Positions 50,109 to 60,640 of a DNA stretch of 64,000 nt are shown here, piece by piece. The translations under genes and the position numbers were made by a program. The notes under the pieces are model-generated. The model searched no databases, was not told where the DNA came from, and worked only from the letters and a program-made list of their open reading frames with translations. Within the stretch, counting starts at the first letter, position 1, and each line of letters begins with the position of its first letter. Origin of the DNA: an uncultured Desulfovibrio sp. (GTDB taxonomy: Bacteria; Desulfobacterota; Desulfovibrionia; Desulfovibrionales; Desulfovibrionaceae); assembly GCF_902477725.1 (NCBI RefSeq), contig NZ_CABSIF010000004.1:31121-95120 (forward strand), written 5' to 3'.

Positions 50109-50206
50109 TTCCTGAGGGACGGGCAGCGCAAGCAGTGCCCGCGCTGAAGCTACCGTCCACAGCACGTTGCTGTGCCTCCTAGGAGGCCGCGGTGCTTATC
50201 TGCGGC

Positions 50207-50884
50207 TTAGAAGCCGTAGCGTAGGCCGAGCATGAACTCGTTTTCGTAGGGGCGGTTGCCAACGTTGTACTTGTTGCCAGCAGAGGTGACGCTCACTTCG
50301 TTGTAGCCAAGGCTTACAAAGCGGTAGCCAGCATCAATGGCGAAGTGCTCGTTGATGTTGAAGGCAACACCAGCGCCCAGGTTCCAGGCAAAGTTGGTGG
50401 TGCGTTGATCGCCGCTGAACTTGTCGCCGTTGTTGGCGGTAAAGTCATAGCCAGCGTAGTTGAAGGCCATGCCAAGACCACCACCCACATAAGGGGTCAT
50501 GATGCTGTCGTTGTGGAAATCCCAGAACAGGTTTGCAAACAGGGTCGAGGAGTTCCAGGTGCCCTTGACCTGCTTGATGGCCGCGCCGCCATCGCTCCAG
50601 GTCTTTTCATTGTTGCCGCGCATGGCGAATTCAAGTTCGGCACGCAGGGGCAGCATCTGCTGGGGCCAGAAGTCATAGCCCAGGGCCAGGGCGCCACCAA
50701 GGGTGAACTGGCTGTACTGGTCTACGCCTGAGCCAGCCAGGGCGCGGGAGCGTTCAATTTGGCCGGTATTTTGAAAGCTCATCAGGAATTTGGGGGCCAG
50801 ATACATGCCGTTGCCTTCAGCAGCGGCAATGTTGGGCAGTGCCAAACTCAGCACCAGCGCCAACGCAAGAATAAAGCGTTTCAT
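50207..50884 (-). CDS. Outer-membrane beta-barrel protein (Opa/OmpA-TM-like)
   Basis: Signal peptide, RAELE, PYVGGGLG, FAWNLGAG, D.GYR, C-terminal LRYGF. Confidence 0.88.
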   Translation of the reverse strand: MKRFILALALVLSLALPNIAAAEGNGMYLAPKFLMSFQNTGQIERSRALAGSGVDQYSQFTLGGALALGYDFWPQQMLPLRAELEFAMRGNNEKTWSDGGAAIKQVKGTWNSSTLFANLFWDFHNDSIMTPYVGGGLGMAFNYAGYDFTANNGDKFSGDQRTTNFAWNLGAGVAFNINEHFAIDAGYRFVSLGYNEVSVTSAGNKYNVGNRPYENEFMLGLRYGF

Positions 50885-51068
50885 GACAGTCCTCCTAGGT
50901 ACTTTCCTCCAAAAAAATGAAGGCAGCTTTAAAGTTGAAACAATCATTAGAAAATGTCAATATTTTTTCTATATTGGCAGCAGTAATGACGCATATTAAC
51001 TGTATTAATATTTCAAAACAGTTTATTGCAACGCGCTGATTCGGCTGGAAACCGAATGTATTCTGTAC

Positions 51069-51106
51069 AAAAAAGAAAAACCCGGCTGTTTTTTAACAAC
51101 CGGGTT
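51069..51106 (-). terminator. Intrinsic terminator
   Basis: AACCCGGCTGTT/AACAACCGGGTT with an A-run on the + strand. Confidence 0.65.
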
Positions 51107-51176
51107 CATATGTTTTTGCGGCAAACGCCCGCCGCCTACGCAACAACAGCTGCGCGTATTTGGGCAATGTGACTTT

Positions 51177-52448
51177 TTAGAAGGTGTAACCCACTGAAAG
51201 CATGTAGATGTTTGCAGACACATCCTTGGAGTTGCCGCCCGTAATGCCCACATCGGGTGATATGCCCTTGGCATCGGTGTTGCCGTAGTCGAGCGAGTTG
51301 ATCCACAAGTGGGAGTACGCGAGATCCACAGTCCAGTTATTCCAGTTAAAGCCGGTGCCCACGCTGAGCGTTTTGCGGCCATTGGTGGGGATCATGAAGT
51401 CGGCATGGCTTTCATTGACCACAGGTGTTTCATACGAAAAACCCGCGCGCAGGGTCCACCAGTCAAGGGGCTTGTATTCAACGCTGCCGTTGAAGTTCCA
51501 GCCGTCGCGCCATTCCTTGTTATTGATGGAACTGTAACCGTTATCCATATAGATATTCAGGGCATTGTAGGTGGACCAGCGGGTCCAGACCGTGCCCACT
51601 TCAAAGCTCAGATTGTCCAGCGGCTTGTAGGTAACGCCCAGCGCGGCCGAGTCTGGCAACTGAAGCACAGTGTTTGCGTCACAGTTTCTGGCCTCGGGCA
51701 GGTGTTTGGTGGCGCTGATGGCGTTGTTGCCCTGATAGGCGAATTCCACATCGCCATTGATGTTCATGGTCACCTGGCTCTTGTAGGACAGGCCAACCGA
51801 CCACTGGTCGTTGAGGCGCATGTGCAGGCCAAGGTGAGCGCCGTAACCCCAGCCGTTGCCCTCGATCTGCATGTCGTTGTCAAATTTTTTGCCGTTGTTG
51901 TAGGTAGGAATCTTGTTGCCCATGTACATGTGGGCGTTCATGGCTTCCACGCCTACGGAGAAGGAAACTGTATCGTTGAGCTTGATGGCAAGGGTAGGCA
52001 CGAAGGAAATGGTCTGCACGCCGATGTCATAGACATTGTACCTGCCCGCCCAGTCGCCCGCATAACTGTTGCCAAGGCCGAAACGCGAAAAAACGCCCAG
52101 ACCGACCCAAGCGTTGTCGCTCAGCTGATGGCTCAGATAGGCATGCGGAGCATTCCAGAGCGCGGGTTTTGTGTAGGTATCGGTCTGGCGGCTGCCAGCA
52201 TTGGTGGTTATGCCGCCTGAGGGGCTGATGAGGGCAAAGCCGCCCATCATGCGCGTGCCGGGCAGTTGCGTGATGCCAGCGGCATTATAGGCAATGGCCG
52301 AAACATCATCAGCGCGGCCCACCATGCCGCCAGCCAGGGAAACACCTCTGGCGCTCCATTCATTCAGGGCGAAACCTTCGCCCCAGGCTACGGGCGCGCA
52401 GCAGGCCACCAGAGCCAGCGCCAGACATACAGCACGAAAAACCTTCAT
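51177..52448 (-). CDS. OmpP1/FadL family outer-membrane transporter
   Basis: GFALNEWSA, ADD.S...YN.AG, FGL, C-terminal VGYTF. Confidence 0.9.
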   Translation of the reverse strand: MKVFRAVCLALALVACCAPVAWGEGFALNEWSARGVSLAGGMVGRADDVSAIAYNAAGITQLPGTRMMGGFALISPSGGITTNAGSRQTDTYTKPALWNAPHAYLSHQLSDNAWVGLGVFSRFGLGNSYAGDWAGRYNVYDIGVQTISFVPTLAIKLNDTVSFSVGVEAMNAHMYMGNKIPTYNNGKKFDNDMQIEGNGWGYGAHLGLHMRLNDQWSVGLSYKSQVTMNINGDVEFAYQGNNAISATKHLPEARNCDANTVLQLPDSAALGVTYKPLDNLSFEVGTVWTRWSTYNALNIYMDNGYSSINNKEWRDGWNFNGSVEYKPLDWWTLRAGFSYETPVVNESHADFMIPTNGRKTLSVGTGFNWNNWTVDLAYSHLWINSLDYGNTDAKGISPDVGITGGNSKDVSANIYMLSVGYTF

Positions 52449-52578
52449 CACCCCTCCACTAAGATGCAAAAAAAGCGCACAACAGCCCATCCCGGCATAC
52501 CTTAGCACGCTGGTACGGTTGCGATGTCGCAGAAACGGACGCGGCTGTATGGCCGCCCTCGACAACAGTAATGGGATG

Positions 52579-54960
52579 TCACAACATATTTATCGGATCA
52601 AGGTCAAGGAAAAGTCGCAAGTGTCTTGAAGCTTTTTGTGACAAAGCAAAGAAATAGAGCGAGCGCAGCGCCTGCCAGTCCTGCCCTTTTACCAAGCATG
52701 TAAAACGTTTGCGCCCACGGAGCAGGGACAGTGGGGCAGGAGCGGGGCCAAGAAGCTGCACGCCCAGTTCCGCAGCCTTGCCGCGCAGCGCCTGAGCCAG
52801 ATCGTTGAGAGCAGGGGGGCCGCCCTGTTCGTTCAGCGCGTAGGATATGCGAATGAGCGCCAGACGCACAAAGGGCGGGTAACGGCGCAGCCGCCGTTTG
52901 GCAAGCTCTGCCTGATAAAAGCCCTCATAGTCTGCGGTGCGCACGTACTGCCAGCAGTAGTGCTCCACATCACGCGTCTGGATAAGCACCCGGCCCGGCT
53001 TGTCGCCCCTGCCCGCGCGCCCGGCGGACTGCACCAGCAATTGGAATGTGCGCTCGGCGGCGCGGTAGTCCGGCAGATTCAGGCCAAGGTCAGCATCCGC
53101 GATGACGGCCAGCGTCACCAGCGGAAAGTGATGTCCCTTGGAGAGCATTTGCGTACCCACCAGTATGGGGGCCTCCTGCCGGGAAAAGGCCGCAAGGATT
53201 TCTTCCATGCGTCCAGGCCTGCGGGTGCTGTCCCTGTCAAGCCGCAGCACAGGCCCCCCGGCCAGTACGCTCAGGCGTTCGGCCAGGCGTTCCGTGCCTT
53301 CGCCCATGGGCAAAAAGTTCATGCCGCCGCACTCTGGGCAGGGCGAGGGAAATGGTCGGCTATAGCCGCAATAGTGGCAGACGAGTTTTTCCAGCCCCTT
53401 GTGGTAGGTGAGCCCAATTTCGCAGTGCGGGCAGCGCAGGGTGCGGTTGCAGTCCAAGCAGTACATCAGGGGGGCGTAGCCTCGCCTGTTCAGCAGTACC
53501 ACTGCCTGCTCGCCGCGCTCAATGGTCTCGCGCAGTGCGGCTTCGCTCTGTGGGGCCAGCAGGCCATCCATGCTGGTTGAGCCGGGCGCGAGGGAGCTGA
53601 TGTCCACCAGTTCGACCGGCGGCAGTTCGCGTCCGCCCACGCGGTGCGGCAGCCGCAGGATAGGCAGGTGCCCGTTTTCAGCCGCATAAAAGGTTTTGAG
53701 GTCTGGTGTGGCAGAACCAAGCACCAGCAGCCCCTTTGCCTGGGCAACACGGAACCACGCCACTTCCTTGGCCTGATAGGCCAGGCTTTCGTCCTGCTTG
53801 AAAGAGCCGTCGTGCTCTTCATCAAGCACAATGCAGTTCAGATGCGGCACAGGCAGAAACAGTGCCGAACGCGTACCCACGACAATGCAGGGGGTGTCGC
53901 TTTGCGCCATCTGGCGAAAGGTCGCTTCCCGCCGTGCGGGCGACTGGTAGCCGTGGTAGAAAAATAACGGAGCATCGGGCAGCGCGCAGGTGGCATCTCG
54001 CCGCAGTTTGTGGGCCAGCGCCACCTCGGGTGCGAGCAGCATGACGCTTTTGCCCGCCGCAAGGCAGGCCTTGGCAAGTTCAAGGTATACTGCTGTTTTG
54101 CCGCTGCCGGTCACGCCAAAGAGCAGGCGGGAGGAAGCCTCGTCCGCCCGCAGGGCCTCCAGCATGCTTTCAAGCGCAAGCGCCTGCTCATCGTTGAGGG
54201 TAAAGGGGGCAGGCGGGGGCGGCAACAGGCTTTGCTCTGTGGCGTCCAGGGCGTCATCATCGTCAACGCCGTTGTCTCGCGCAAGGTTGACGTGCCCGGC
54301 TTCCAGCAGGGTATGGAGGGCTGGTGTGACGGCCTGCCCAAGGGATTGCACCAGCCGCCTGCGGCTCACGCTGCCGTGCTGGTGCAGATAGTCCAGAACT
54401 TCGATCTGGCGTTTGGCCGAAGGCCGCACAGGCCAGGGCGGATCAACGCGCAGCAGGCAAAATTCTTCACTGGCGGCGTCTGTGCCGGGGGGCAGCATGC
54501 GGGCCGTGCCTTTGCAAAGGGCCGCTGCGAGCGCCTGACGCTGTTCGGGCAGGGCTTCACGGATGCGCGCCAGAGTCCAGGCCACAGCCTTGCCCGATTC
54601 GATATTGCGCAGCCGCACCCGCGCAAGGCGCAGGCCCTGTGGCAGCACATGCCCCAGAATATGACCGGGGTGCAGCCCCTGACGGCGGGCCAGATCTTCA
54701 GCCAGTTCCAGCAGTACCGCGGGGAGCAGGGGGGCGTTTTCCAGCGGCCAGCCAAGGCTTTTGCAGTCAACGCCTTCCGGCACGTCGGCGGTTGGGCTGA
54801 CGCGCAAAAGCACTGCGGCGCGCAGGGCGGTGCGCTCGCCCCGGCCCAGCGGCACGGCCACGCGCAATCCGGGCTGCCAGAAATCGGCGGGAAATTCGGG
54901 CGGCAGCGTGTAGGTAAGGCTGGCGTAGGGCGGAGTGAGCAGGGCGACTGTGGCGTACAT
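52579..54960 (-). CDS. priA: Primosomal protein N'
   Basis: GVTGSGKT, DEEH, GSATP, LNRRGY, four CxxC pairs, GTQM..KG, Q.AGRAGR; start uncertain (54960 or 54996). Confidence 0.94.
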   Translation of the reverse strand: MYATVALLTPPYASLTYTLPPEFPADFWQPGLRVAVPLGRGERTALRAAVLLRVSPTADVPEGVDCKSLGWPLENAPLLPAVLLELAEDLARRQGLHPGHILGHVLPQGLRLARVRLRNIESGKAVAWTLARIREALPEQRQALAAALCKGTARMLPPGTDAASEEFCLLRVDPPWPVRPSAKRQIEVLDYLHQHGSVSRRRLVQSLGQAVTPALHTLLEAGHVNLARDNGVDDDDALDATEQSLLPPPPAPFTLNDEQALALESMLEALRADEASSRLLFGVTGSGKTAVYLELAKACLAAGKSVMLLAPEVALAHKLRRDATCALPDAPLFFYHGYQSPARREATFRQMAQSDTPCIVVGTRSALFLPVPHLNCIVLDEEHDGSFKQDESLAYQAKEVAWFRVAQAKGLLVLGSATPDLKTFYAAENGHLPILRLPHRVGGRELPPVELVDISSLAPGSTSMDGLLAPQSEAALRETIERGEQAVVLLNRRGYAPLMYCLDCNRTLRCPHCEIGLTYHKGLEKLVCHYCGYSRPFPSPCPECGGMNFLPMGEGTERLAERLSVLAGGPVLRLDRDSTRRPGRMEEILAAFSRQEAPILVGTQMLSKGHHFPLVTLAVIADADLGLNLPDYRAAERTFQLLVQSAGRAGRGDKPGRVLIQTRDVEHYCWQYVRTADYEGFYQAELAKRRLRRYPPFVRLALIRISYALNEQGGPPALNDLAQALRGKAAELGVQLLGPAPAPLSLLRGRKRFTCLVKGQDWQALRSLYFFALSQKASRHLRLFLDLDPINML

Positions 54961-55050
54961 GTAGGGCAGAGTTACGTAATACGGCACCAATGGCAAGCCT
55001 CCTCTGGCGAACCAGAGGAGGCTTGGGGCAATACGTATGCGCAGCGGGTT

Positions 55051-55923
55051 TTAATGGAACTGCACAAAATTCTTGAGCAGCTTGAGCAGATCGTAGCGCA
55101 GTTCTTCGTCCTGAAGGGCAAAGTAGATGTTGGCGGTGAGAAATTCCGCCCAGTCGCCAGCGTCAAAGCGCATGCCGGACATGCGCACAGCCATCATGCC
55201 CCTTTCCTGAGCCATGGCCTGGAGTGCGTCGGTAAGCTGGATTTCGCCGCCGTGACCGGGTTCGACCTTTTCAAGATAGTCAAAAATATCAGGCGTGAGT
55301 ACATAACGGCCAACAATAGCCATGCGCGAGGGAGCGTCTTCACGGGCGGGTTTTTCCACCATGTTTTTGACGCGGAACACGCCGGGGGTCACTTCGTCGC
55401 CATCAATGATACCGTAGCGGCTGACCTTCTCCCACGGTACTTCCATCACGCCGATGATCGGCATTTTTTCGGCCATGGCCACTTCAATGAGCTGGCCGAT
55501 GCCGGGAGCGCCGCCAAACATGAGGTCATCGCCCACCATGATGGCAAAGGGATCATCACGCACAAGTTCGCGCGCACACAGCACCGCATGCCCAAGGCCA
55601 AGCTGGCGCTTCTGCCTCACGGACATGATGTTGACCATCTCGGCCACCTTGCGCACTTCAGCCAGCTTATCGAGCTTGCCAGCGCGTTCAAGCACGGCCT
55701 CAAGCTGGAGGTTGTAGTCAAAGTGGTCTTCAATAACCGTTTTGTCGCGGTTGGTGACGAAAATCACGTCTTCGATATTGGCGCGCTGCGCTTCTTCAAC
55801 CACATACTGGATGACGGGCTTGTTGTAGATGGGCAGCATTTCCTTGGGAATATTCTTTGTTGCAGGCAAGGAACGGGTGCCCCATCCGGCCACGGGAATG
55901 ACGACTTTACGAATATCCTTCAT
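55051..55923 (-). CDS. galU: UTP-glucose-1-phosphate uridylyltransferase
   Basis: VIPVAGWGTRSLPATK..PKEMLP, LGLGHAV, VEKP, GEIQLTDA. Confidence 0.95.
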   Translation of the reverse strand: MKDIRKVVIPVAGWGTRSLPATKNIPKEMLPIYNKPVIQYVVEEAQRANIEDVIFVTNRDKTVIEDHFDYNLQLEAVLERAGKLDKLAEVRKVAEMVNIMSVRQKRQLGLGHAVLCARELVRDDPFAIMVGDDLMFGGAPGIGQLIEVAMAEKMPIIGVMEVPWEKVSRYGIIDGDEVTPGVFRVKNMVEKPAREDAPSRMAIVGRYVLTPDIFDYLEKVEPGHGGEIQLTDALQAMAQERGMMAVRMSGMRFDAGDWAEFLTANIYFALQDEELRYDLLKLLKNFVQFH

Positions 55924-56057
55924 GCATGCCTCCAAGGGGGGTAGACAAAACAATTTTTATTAGCGGCAAACCGATGTAAGCAATAAACGGATAGCAGCCG
56001 TACTGCAAGCAGTACCTGCCCGATCCGGGAGTGCCGCCGCGAAGTTCAACAGTCAAA

Positions 56058-57410
56058 TCAGCGCAGTTCGCGCTCAACCACAACGGCCAGATCTTCAGCG
56101 AATGTTTTGACCTTTTCGGGATTTTCGCCTTCCACCATGACGCGGCAAAGAGATTCCGTGCCGGAATACCGCAAGAGCACACGCCCGCGCCCGGCCAGTT
56201 CCGCCTCGACCTTGGCAACAGCCTCGCCAATGGCGGGGCGTTCCTCGAAGGGCAGGCGTTTTTCCACCCGCACGTTGATAAGCTTCTGCGGGAAGGGTTT
56301 GAGCCTGCCTGCCAGTTCGGAGAGAGGCTTGTCCTTTTCGCGCATGATGCGCAGAATTTGCAGGGCCGCCAGCAGGCCATCGCCCGTGGTGCTGTACTTG
56401 TGGAAAATAAGATGGCCCGACTGCTCGCCGCCCAGCATGGCGCCCTCGCGCCGCATGGCTTCCATAACGTAGCGGTCGCCAACCTTGGTGCGCAGCAGCG
56501 AACCGCCGTGATCCTTCATAAAAATTTCCAGGGCCATGTTGCTCATGGCGGTTGCCACAAGCAGATTGCCCGGCAGTTCGCCCCTGGCCATCATGGCCTG
56601 GGCGCACATGGCCATGAGCTGGTCGCCGTCAATGATGTCGCCGTGCTCGTCCACAACAATGAGGCGGTCGGCGTCGCCGTCCAGCGCAAGGCCCACATCG
56701 GCCCGAACCTCGCGCACCTTGGCTGCCACCACTTCGGGATAGAGCGAGCCGCAGTGCTCGTTGATGTTGGTGCCGTCAGGGCTTGTGCCGATGCGGAAAA
56801 CTTCGGCTCCAAGTTCTTCAAGAGCCAGAGGGGCAACTTTGTAGCTGGCGCCGTTGGCGCAGTCAATCACAATGCGCAGGCCCGAAAGCGTCAGCTGGGG
56901 AGGGAAGCAGCTCTTGGTGTAAACAATATAGCGGCCCCCTGCGTCTTCAATCTTGGTGGCGCGGCCAACGCCGCGCGCTTCGGGGTAGGGCCATTTAAAG
57001 TCCGAATCCAGCACCATGGCCGATATTTCGTCTTCAGTCAGGTCGGGCAGCTTGTAGCCATCGGCGTCAAAGAACTTGATGCCGTTGTCGTGAAAGGGGT
57101 TGTGCGAGGCGGAAATAACCACCCCAAGGTCGGCCCGCATGCTGCGGGTAAGAAAGGATATGGCCGGGGTGGGCAGCGGGCCGGTCATGATCACGTGCAT
57201 GCCGGCGGCGCACAGGCCGGAAGTGAGCGCAGATTCAAACATATAGCCTGAAAGGCGCGTATCCTTGCCGATGACCACCTTGTGCTGGTGGTCGCCGCGC
57301 CGAAAGCGCACACCCGCCGCCAGACCAAGTCGCAGGGCTACATCCACGGTCATGGGATAGTTGTTGACCGTGCCGCGCAGTCCGTCTGTGCCGAAAAGAC
57401 GCTCAGCCAT
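56058..57410 (-). CDS. glmM: Phosphoglucosamine mutase
   Basis: FGTDG.RG, ISASHNP, DGDADR, GGEQSGH, RYSGTE. Confidence 0.96.
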   Translation of the reverse strand: MAERLFGTDGLRGTVNNYPMTVDVALRLGLAAGVRFRRGDHQHKVVIGKDTRLSGYMFESALTSGLCAAGMHVIMTGPLPTPAISFLTRSMRADLGVVISASHNPFHDNGIKFFDADGYKLPDLTEDEISAMVLDSDFKWPYPEARGVGRATKIEDAGGRYIVYTKSCFPPQLTLSGLRIVIDCANGASYKVAPLALEELGAEVFRIGTSPDGTNINEHCGSLYPEVVAAKVREVRADVGLALDGDADRLIVVDEHGDIIDGDQLMAMCAQAMMARGELPGNLLVATAMSNMALEIFMKDHGGSLLRTKVGDRYVMEAMRREGAMLGGEQSGHLIFHKYSTTGDGLLAALQILRIMREKDKPLSELAGRLKPFPQKLINVRVEKRLPFEERPAIGEAVAKVEAELAGRGRVLLRYSGTESLCRVMVEGENPEKVKTFAEDLAVVVERELR

Positions 57411-57563
57411 GAAAACTCCTTACCTCTAATTCTTTTGCAGCACGCAGACGCGTTTCGTGGGCGCTGTTGCTGGGTTTTGTCGTATGTGCCGTGCCCGGCC
57501 GCAAGGGGCAATGCTCGGTTGCGTTCCGTTCAGGCTGCCGGATGCGGCAGCTGAGGGCGGCGC

Positions 57564-58496
57564 TTATTTCTTTTTTCTTGTTACCGTAACTTCTTCCGTA
57601 ACCGGGTTCAAGAGAGTCATTCCTTCCGGCAGTTTGAAGTGCAGGGGGGTTTTAACGCTCTCCCCCGGCTGGATCTCAGGCGTGACGAAAGAAACTTCCA
57701 TCTCGCCAAGGTAATGGCTGTTCTTTGCCAGAGCCTCGGGCACCTCCACCAGCACGGCAATTTCATCGGGATTCACCGTGTAGGTCAAGCGGCTTTCCTT
57801 GGCAATTTCCACTTTGCAGCGGCGCGAGATGACGGTGCGCCCACTGGTGATGGTGTACTGCACCTTGACGGAAGGCGGCGTGGCCGTGACCATGCCCGGC
57901 GTGTCCAGCGTGATGGTCTGCTGCGTTGTTGTGCCTGCCGCCTTGGGATCAAGCATGATGGTCAGCGGCACGCTGGCAATGGCGGAGACAACGGATTCCG
58001 GGCCGCGCAAAACCACGGTGGCCGGGGTTACACTGACATTTTCCACAGTCAGGGCGCCGCTGCGCAGGGGCGAATCCACAACCGCCTTAACGGGCACGCT
58101 GCGCTCCTGCACGTTGTCGGCCTTGACCACAATGCGCGGGGGCTGCACATCAATGAGCTCAAAGGCGCGGAAACGCGCGCCAAGATGCTCCGCCGAGAGC
58201 GGCACCACTGTGGTGCCTTTTTTTATGGAAGAAAGATCCACCGCCTGAATGATCTTGCGTTGCGTGACCGAGCGCAGCAGAGTTTCCGGCCCGCGCAGGC
58301 GCACAACCGCCTTGTTGATGAGGCCGTCAGTCACCACAAGATTGGCAGGGATGCCAAAGTAATCAAGGTTTACTTCAATCTGCGCTTCCAGCCTGTCGCG
58401 AACGCTGACCATGTACCACATACTCACGGCGATAAACATCGCCAGCAGCATGGAGAGCAGGTGCGGGGGGCGGCGCGAGGGATCAGAGGATTTCAT
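57564..58496 (-). CDS. cdaR: YbbR-domain protein, CdaR-like regulator
   Basis: N-terminal TM (AVSMWY.V), V.LRGP repeats; lies between cdaA and glmM. Confidence 0.8.
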   Translation of the reverse strand: MKSSDPSRRPPHLLSMLLAMFIAVSMWYMVSVRDRLEAQIEVNLDYFGIPANLVVTDGLINKAVVRLRGPETLLRSVTQRKIIQAVDLSSIKKGTTVVPLSAEHLGARFRAFELIDVQPPRIVVKADNVQERSVPVKAVVDSPLRSGALTVENVSVTPATVVLRGPESVVSAIASVPLTIMLDPKAAGTTTQQTITLDTPGMVTATPPSVKVQYTITSGRTVISRRCKVEIAKESRLTYTVNPDEIAVLVEVPEALAKNSHYLGEMEVSFVTPEIQPGESVKTPLHFKLPEGMTLLNPVTEEVTVTRKKK

Positions 58497-59217
58497 TAAG
58501 CACCTGCCTGAGGCGGGTAGCGTCAAGGGCGCGCATCAGCTCATCCTTGAGGGCTACGGAAATTTCGCCTCTTTCTTCAGAAACAACAATGACCAGAGCA
58601 TCACTTTCGCGGGCGATACCCAGTGCCGCGCGGTGACGTGTGCCGAAGTTCTGCCCCTTGGCTTCGGCCAGCGGCAGAATGCAGGCCGCAGCGGTGATTC
58701 TGCTTCGGCTGATGATTACTGCGCCATCGTGCAGGGGGGCCTTGGGGTAAAAGATATTCATGAGCAGTTGGCGTGAAAGCTGCGCATCAATACGCACGCC
58801 TTCGCGTTTTATCATGTCGCCAAGGCGCATGCTGCGCTCAATAACAATAAGTGCGCCCACCCGCAGCCGGGCCATTTCAACACATGCGGTCACCACTTCT
58901 TCCACGCCGATATTCTTTATGCTGGATCGGCGAAAGATAGGCCGTGCGCCCATTTCGCCCAGAGCCTGACGGATGTCGGCCTGAAAAATAACGACTATGA
59001 GGATGAACAGGGAACTGAAAATGTGCTGCAACAGCCAGGTAAGCGTGTACAGGCCGAGAGCGTTTGAAAAGAAATACAGCAGCGTGAGCAGGCCCAGCCC
59101 CGTAAGGACTGTCAGCGCCCGCGAACCCCGCAGCATCTGGATAACCTGGTACAGCAGAATGCTGACCACGGCTATATCCATTACATCGCGCCAGTCTATG
59201 GCAATATGGTCAAACAC
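58483..59217 (-). CDS. cdaA: Diadenylate cyclase
   Basis: Three N-terminal TMs, PLHDGA, GTRHRAA, VSEE.G. Confidence 0.93.
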   Translation of the reverse strand: MFDHIAIDWRDVMDIAVVSILLYQVIQMLRGSRALTVLTGLGLLTLLYFFSNALGLYTLTWLLQHIFSSLFILIVVIFQADIRQALGEMGARPIFRRSSIKNIGVEEVVTACVEMARLRVGALIVIERSMRLGDMIKREGVRIDAQLSRQLLMNIFYPKAPLHDGAVIISRSRITAAACILPLAEAKGQNFGTRHRAALGIARESDALVIVVSEERGEISVALKDELMRALDATRLRQVLNEIL

Positions 59218-59261
59218 GGTGTGTTCCTTGCAGCAAAGTGTATCGGGCAACCGCAGCGCTG

Positions 59262-60605
59262 TCAGCCGAGGGCCTTGGCGCGTTCCTTATCTTGGTACAT
59301 GGCAGTGTCCGCGCAGGAGATCAGCGCATCCACTGTGAGGGCCGTATCAGGGTACACTGCACTGCCCATGCTGAACGTGATCGGCCCCGGTATGTTCAGC
59401 TCGGGCAAACCCTTTGCAAGATCGGCGCGCATTCGGGCAAAGGCGGCCTTGTCCCTCTCCTTGGACGGGTTGCCGTTGAGCAGCAACACAAATTCATCGC
59501 CGCCCATACGCCCCAGAATATGCGTCACCGGGGCATGAGCGCGAACAACCTCTGCGAAGAATTGCAATACTCGGTCGCCCGCCTCATGTCCATAGGTGTC
59601 GTTAATGCCTTTAAAATTATTTAAGTCAACGTAATATAAAGTAAAATTTTTTGAAATTGGTGCGGCTATGCGCCGTTGAAGCTCCTCAAAGAGTCCACGT
59701 CTGTTGAGCGCTCCCGTGAGGGCGTCTCTATAAGCGATGGCCTCAAGATAGGTGCGAATTTGCGTAAGGTCATGATTCCTTTGAACGAGAGTTGCAAGAA
59801 AGAGGCTGAGAAGAACACTCGTGCCCACATAGAGCCATGATTCCAGCGACTTGTACCACGCAAGGCCCGCCGACATGCGGATCAGCCAGTGAGCGTTAAG
59901 AATTGTCACAGGCATGTCTATGCTGCTGGCGTCTTTTTCTGAATCTGCGCTGCCAGCAATAAGCAACGCCCCGCCTTTATGGGGAGATGTGCGCCAAAGG
60001 CCAAAATCGATATTCATGCTGTCCAGCATGTAAAGGTCCGAGGCTGTCATCACGTCAGGAAAACGCAGCAATATTGCGGCAATACCCCAATAACGCGGAA
60101 GTCCATGAGCATCGGGAAGAAATATGGAAAGTCGCCCTACCAGAGCCGCGTCCCCGTTGGGGAGCAGTATCGGCCCGGCCAGGGTCAGCGGTGCGCCGTG
60201 GCGGGCCGTGACAGCCTCGTGGCTGCCCAGATTTCCGTCCAGCATATCTTGCCCCACCAGCAGGCTGTTGGCAGGCGTATATGGGTACACCTTGTCTATG
60301 GTGCCGCCGGGGGCGAGCACAAAGGCCTGAATGGTATCTTCATCGTGCAAGGCAGCGGCAACACGCTCGAATTCCTGAATGTTCCCGTTATTGTCAATAA
60401 CAAGCGCGTTCAGAGTTTCCGTTTTGAATATCAGGCGCAACAGATCGCTTTGGAGGTTATCGCGCTGTGAACGGGCGATGCTCTCAAGTTTGACCCGTTC
60501 AATCTGCTGTTTGCGGTCAATCAAAACCCAGGTCAAAAGTAAGTTGAAGGCCAACGTGATGAGCAGCATTCCAGTGAATGGGCGCGTTGAAAAAGATCGC
60601 ACCAT
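59262..60605 (-). CDS. Membrane sensor (CHASE-like) diguanylate cyclase
   Basis: Two TMs flanking a periplasmic domain; DALTGALNR, DLNNFKGINDTYGH..GD, RMGGDEF. Confidence 0.9.
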   Translation of the reverse strand: MVRSFSTRPFTGMLLITLAFNLLLTWVLIDRKQQIERVKLESIARSQRDNLQSDLLRLIFKTETLNALVIDNNGNIQEFERVAAALHDEDTIQAFVLAPGGTIDKVYPYTPANSLLVGQDMLDGNLGSHEAVTARHGAPLTLAGPILLPNGDAALVGRLSIFLPDAHGLPRYWGIAAILLRFPDVMTASDLYMLDSMNIDFGLWRTSPHKGGALLIAGSADSEKDASSIDMPVTILNAHWLIRMSAGLAWYKSLESWLYVGTSVLLSLFLATLVQRNHDLTQIRTYLEAIAYRDALTGALNRRGLFEELQRRIAAPISKNFTLYYVDLNNFKGINDTYGHEAGDRVLQFFAEVVRAHAPVTHILGRMGGDEFVLLLNGNPSKERDKAAFARMRADLAKGLPELNIPGPITFSMGSAVYPDTALTVDALISCADTAMYQDKERAKALG

Positions 60606-60640
60606 ACCGGCAGACTCGCAATCGTTGACGGTTTGAATCC

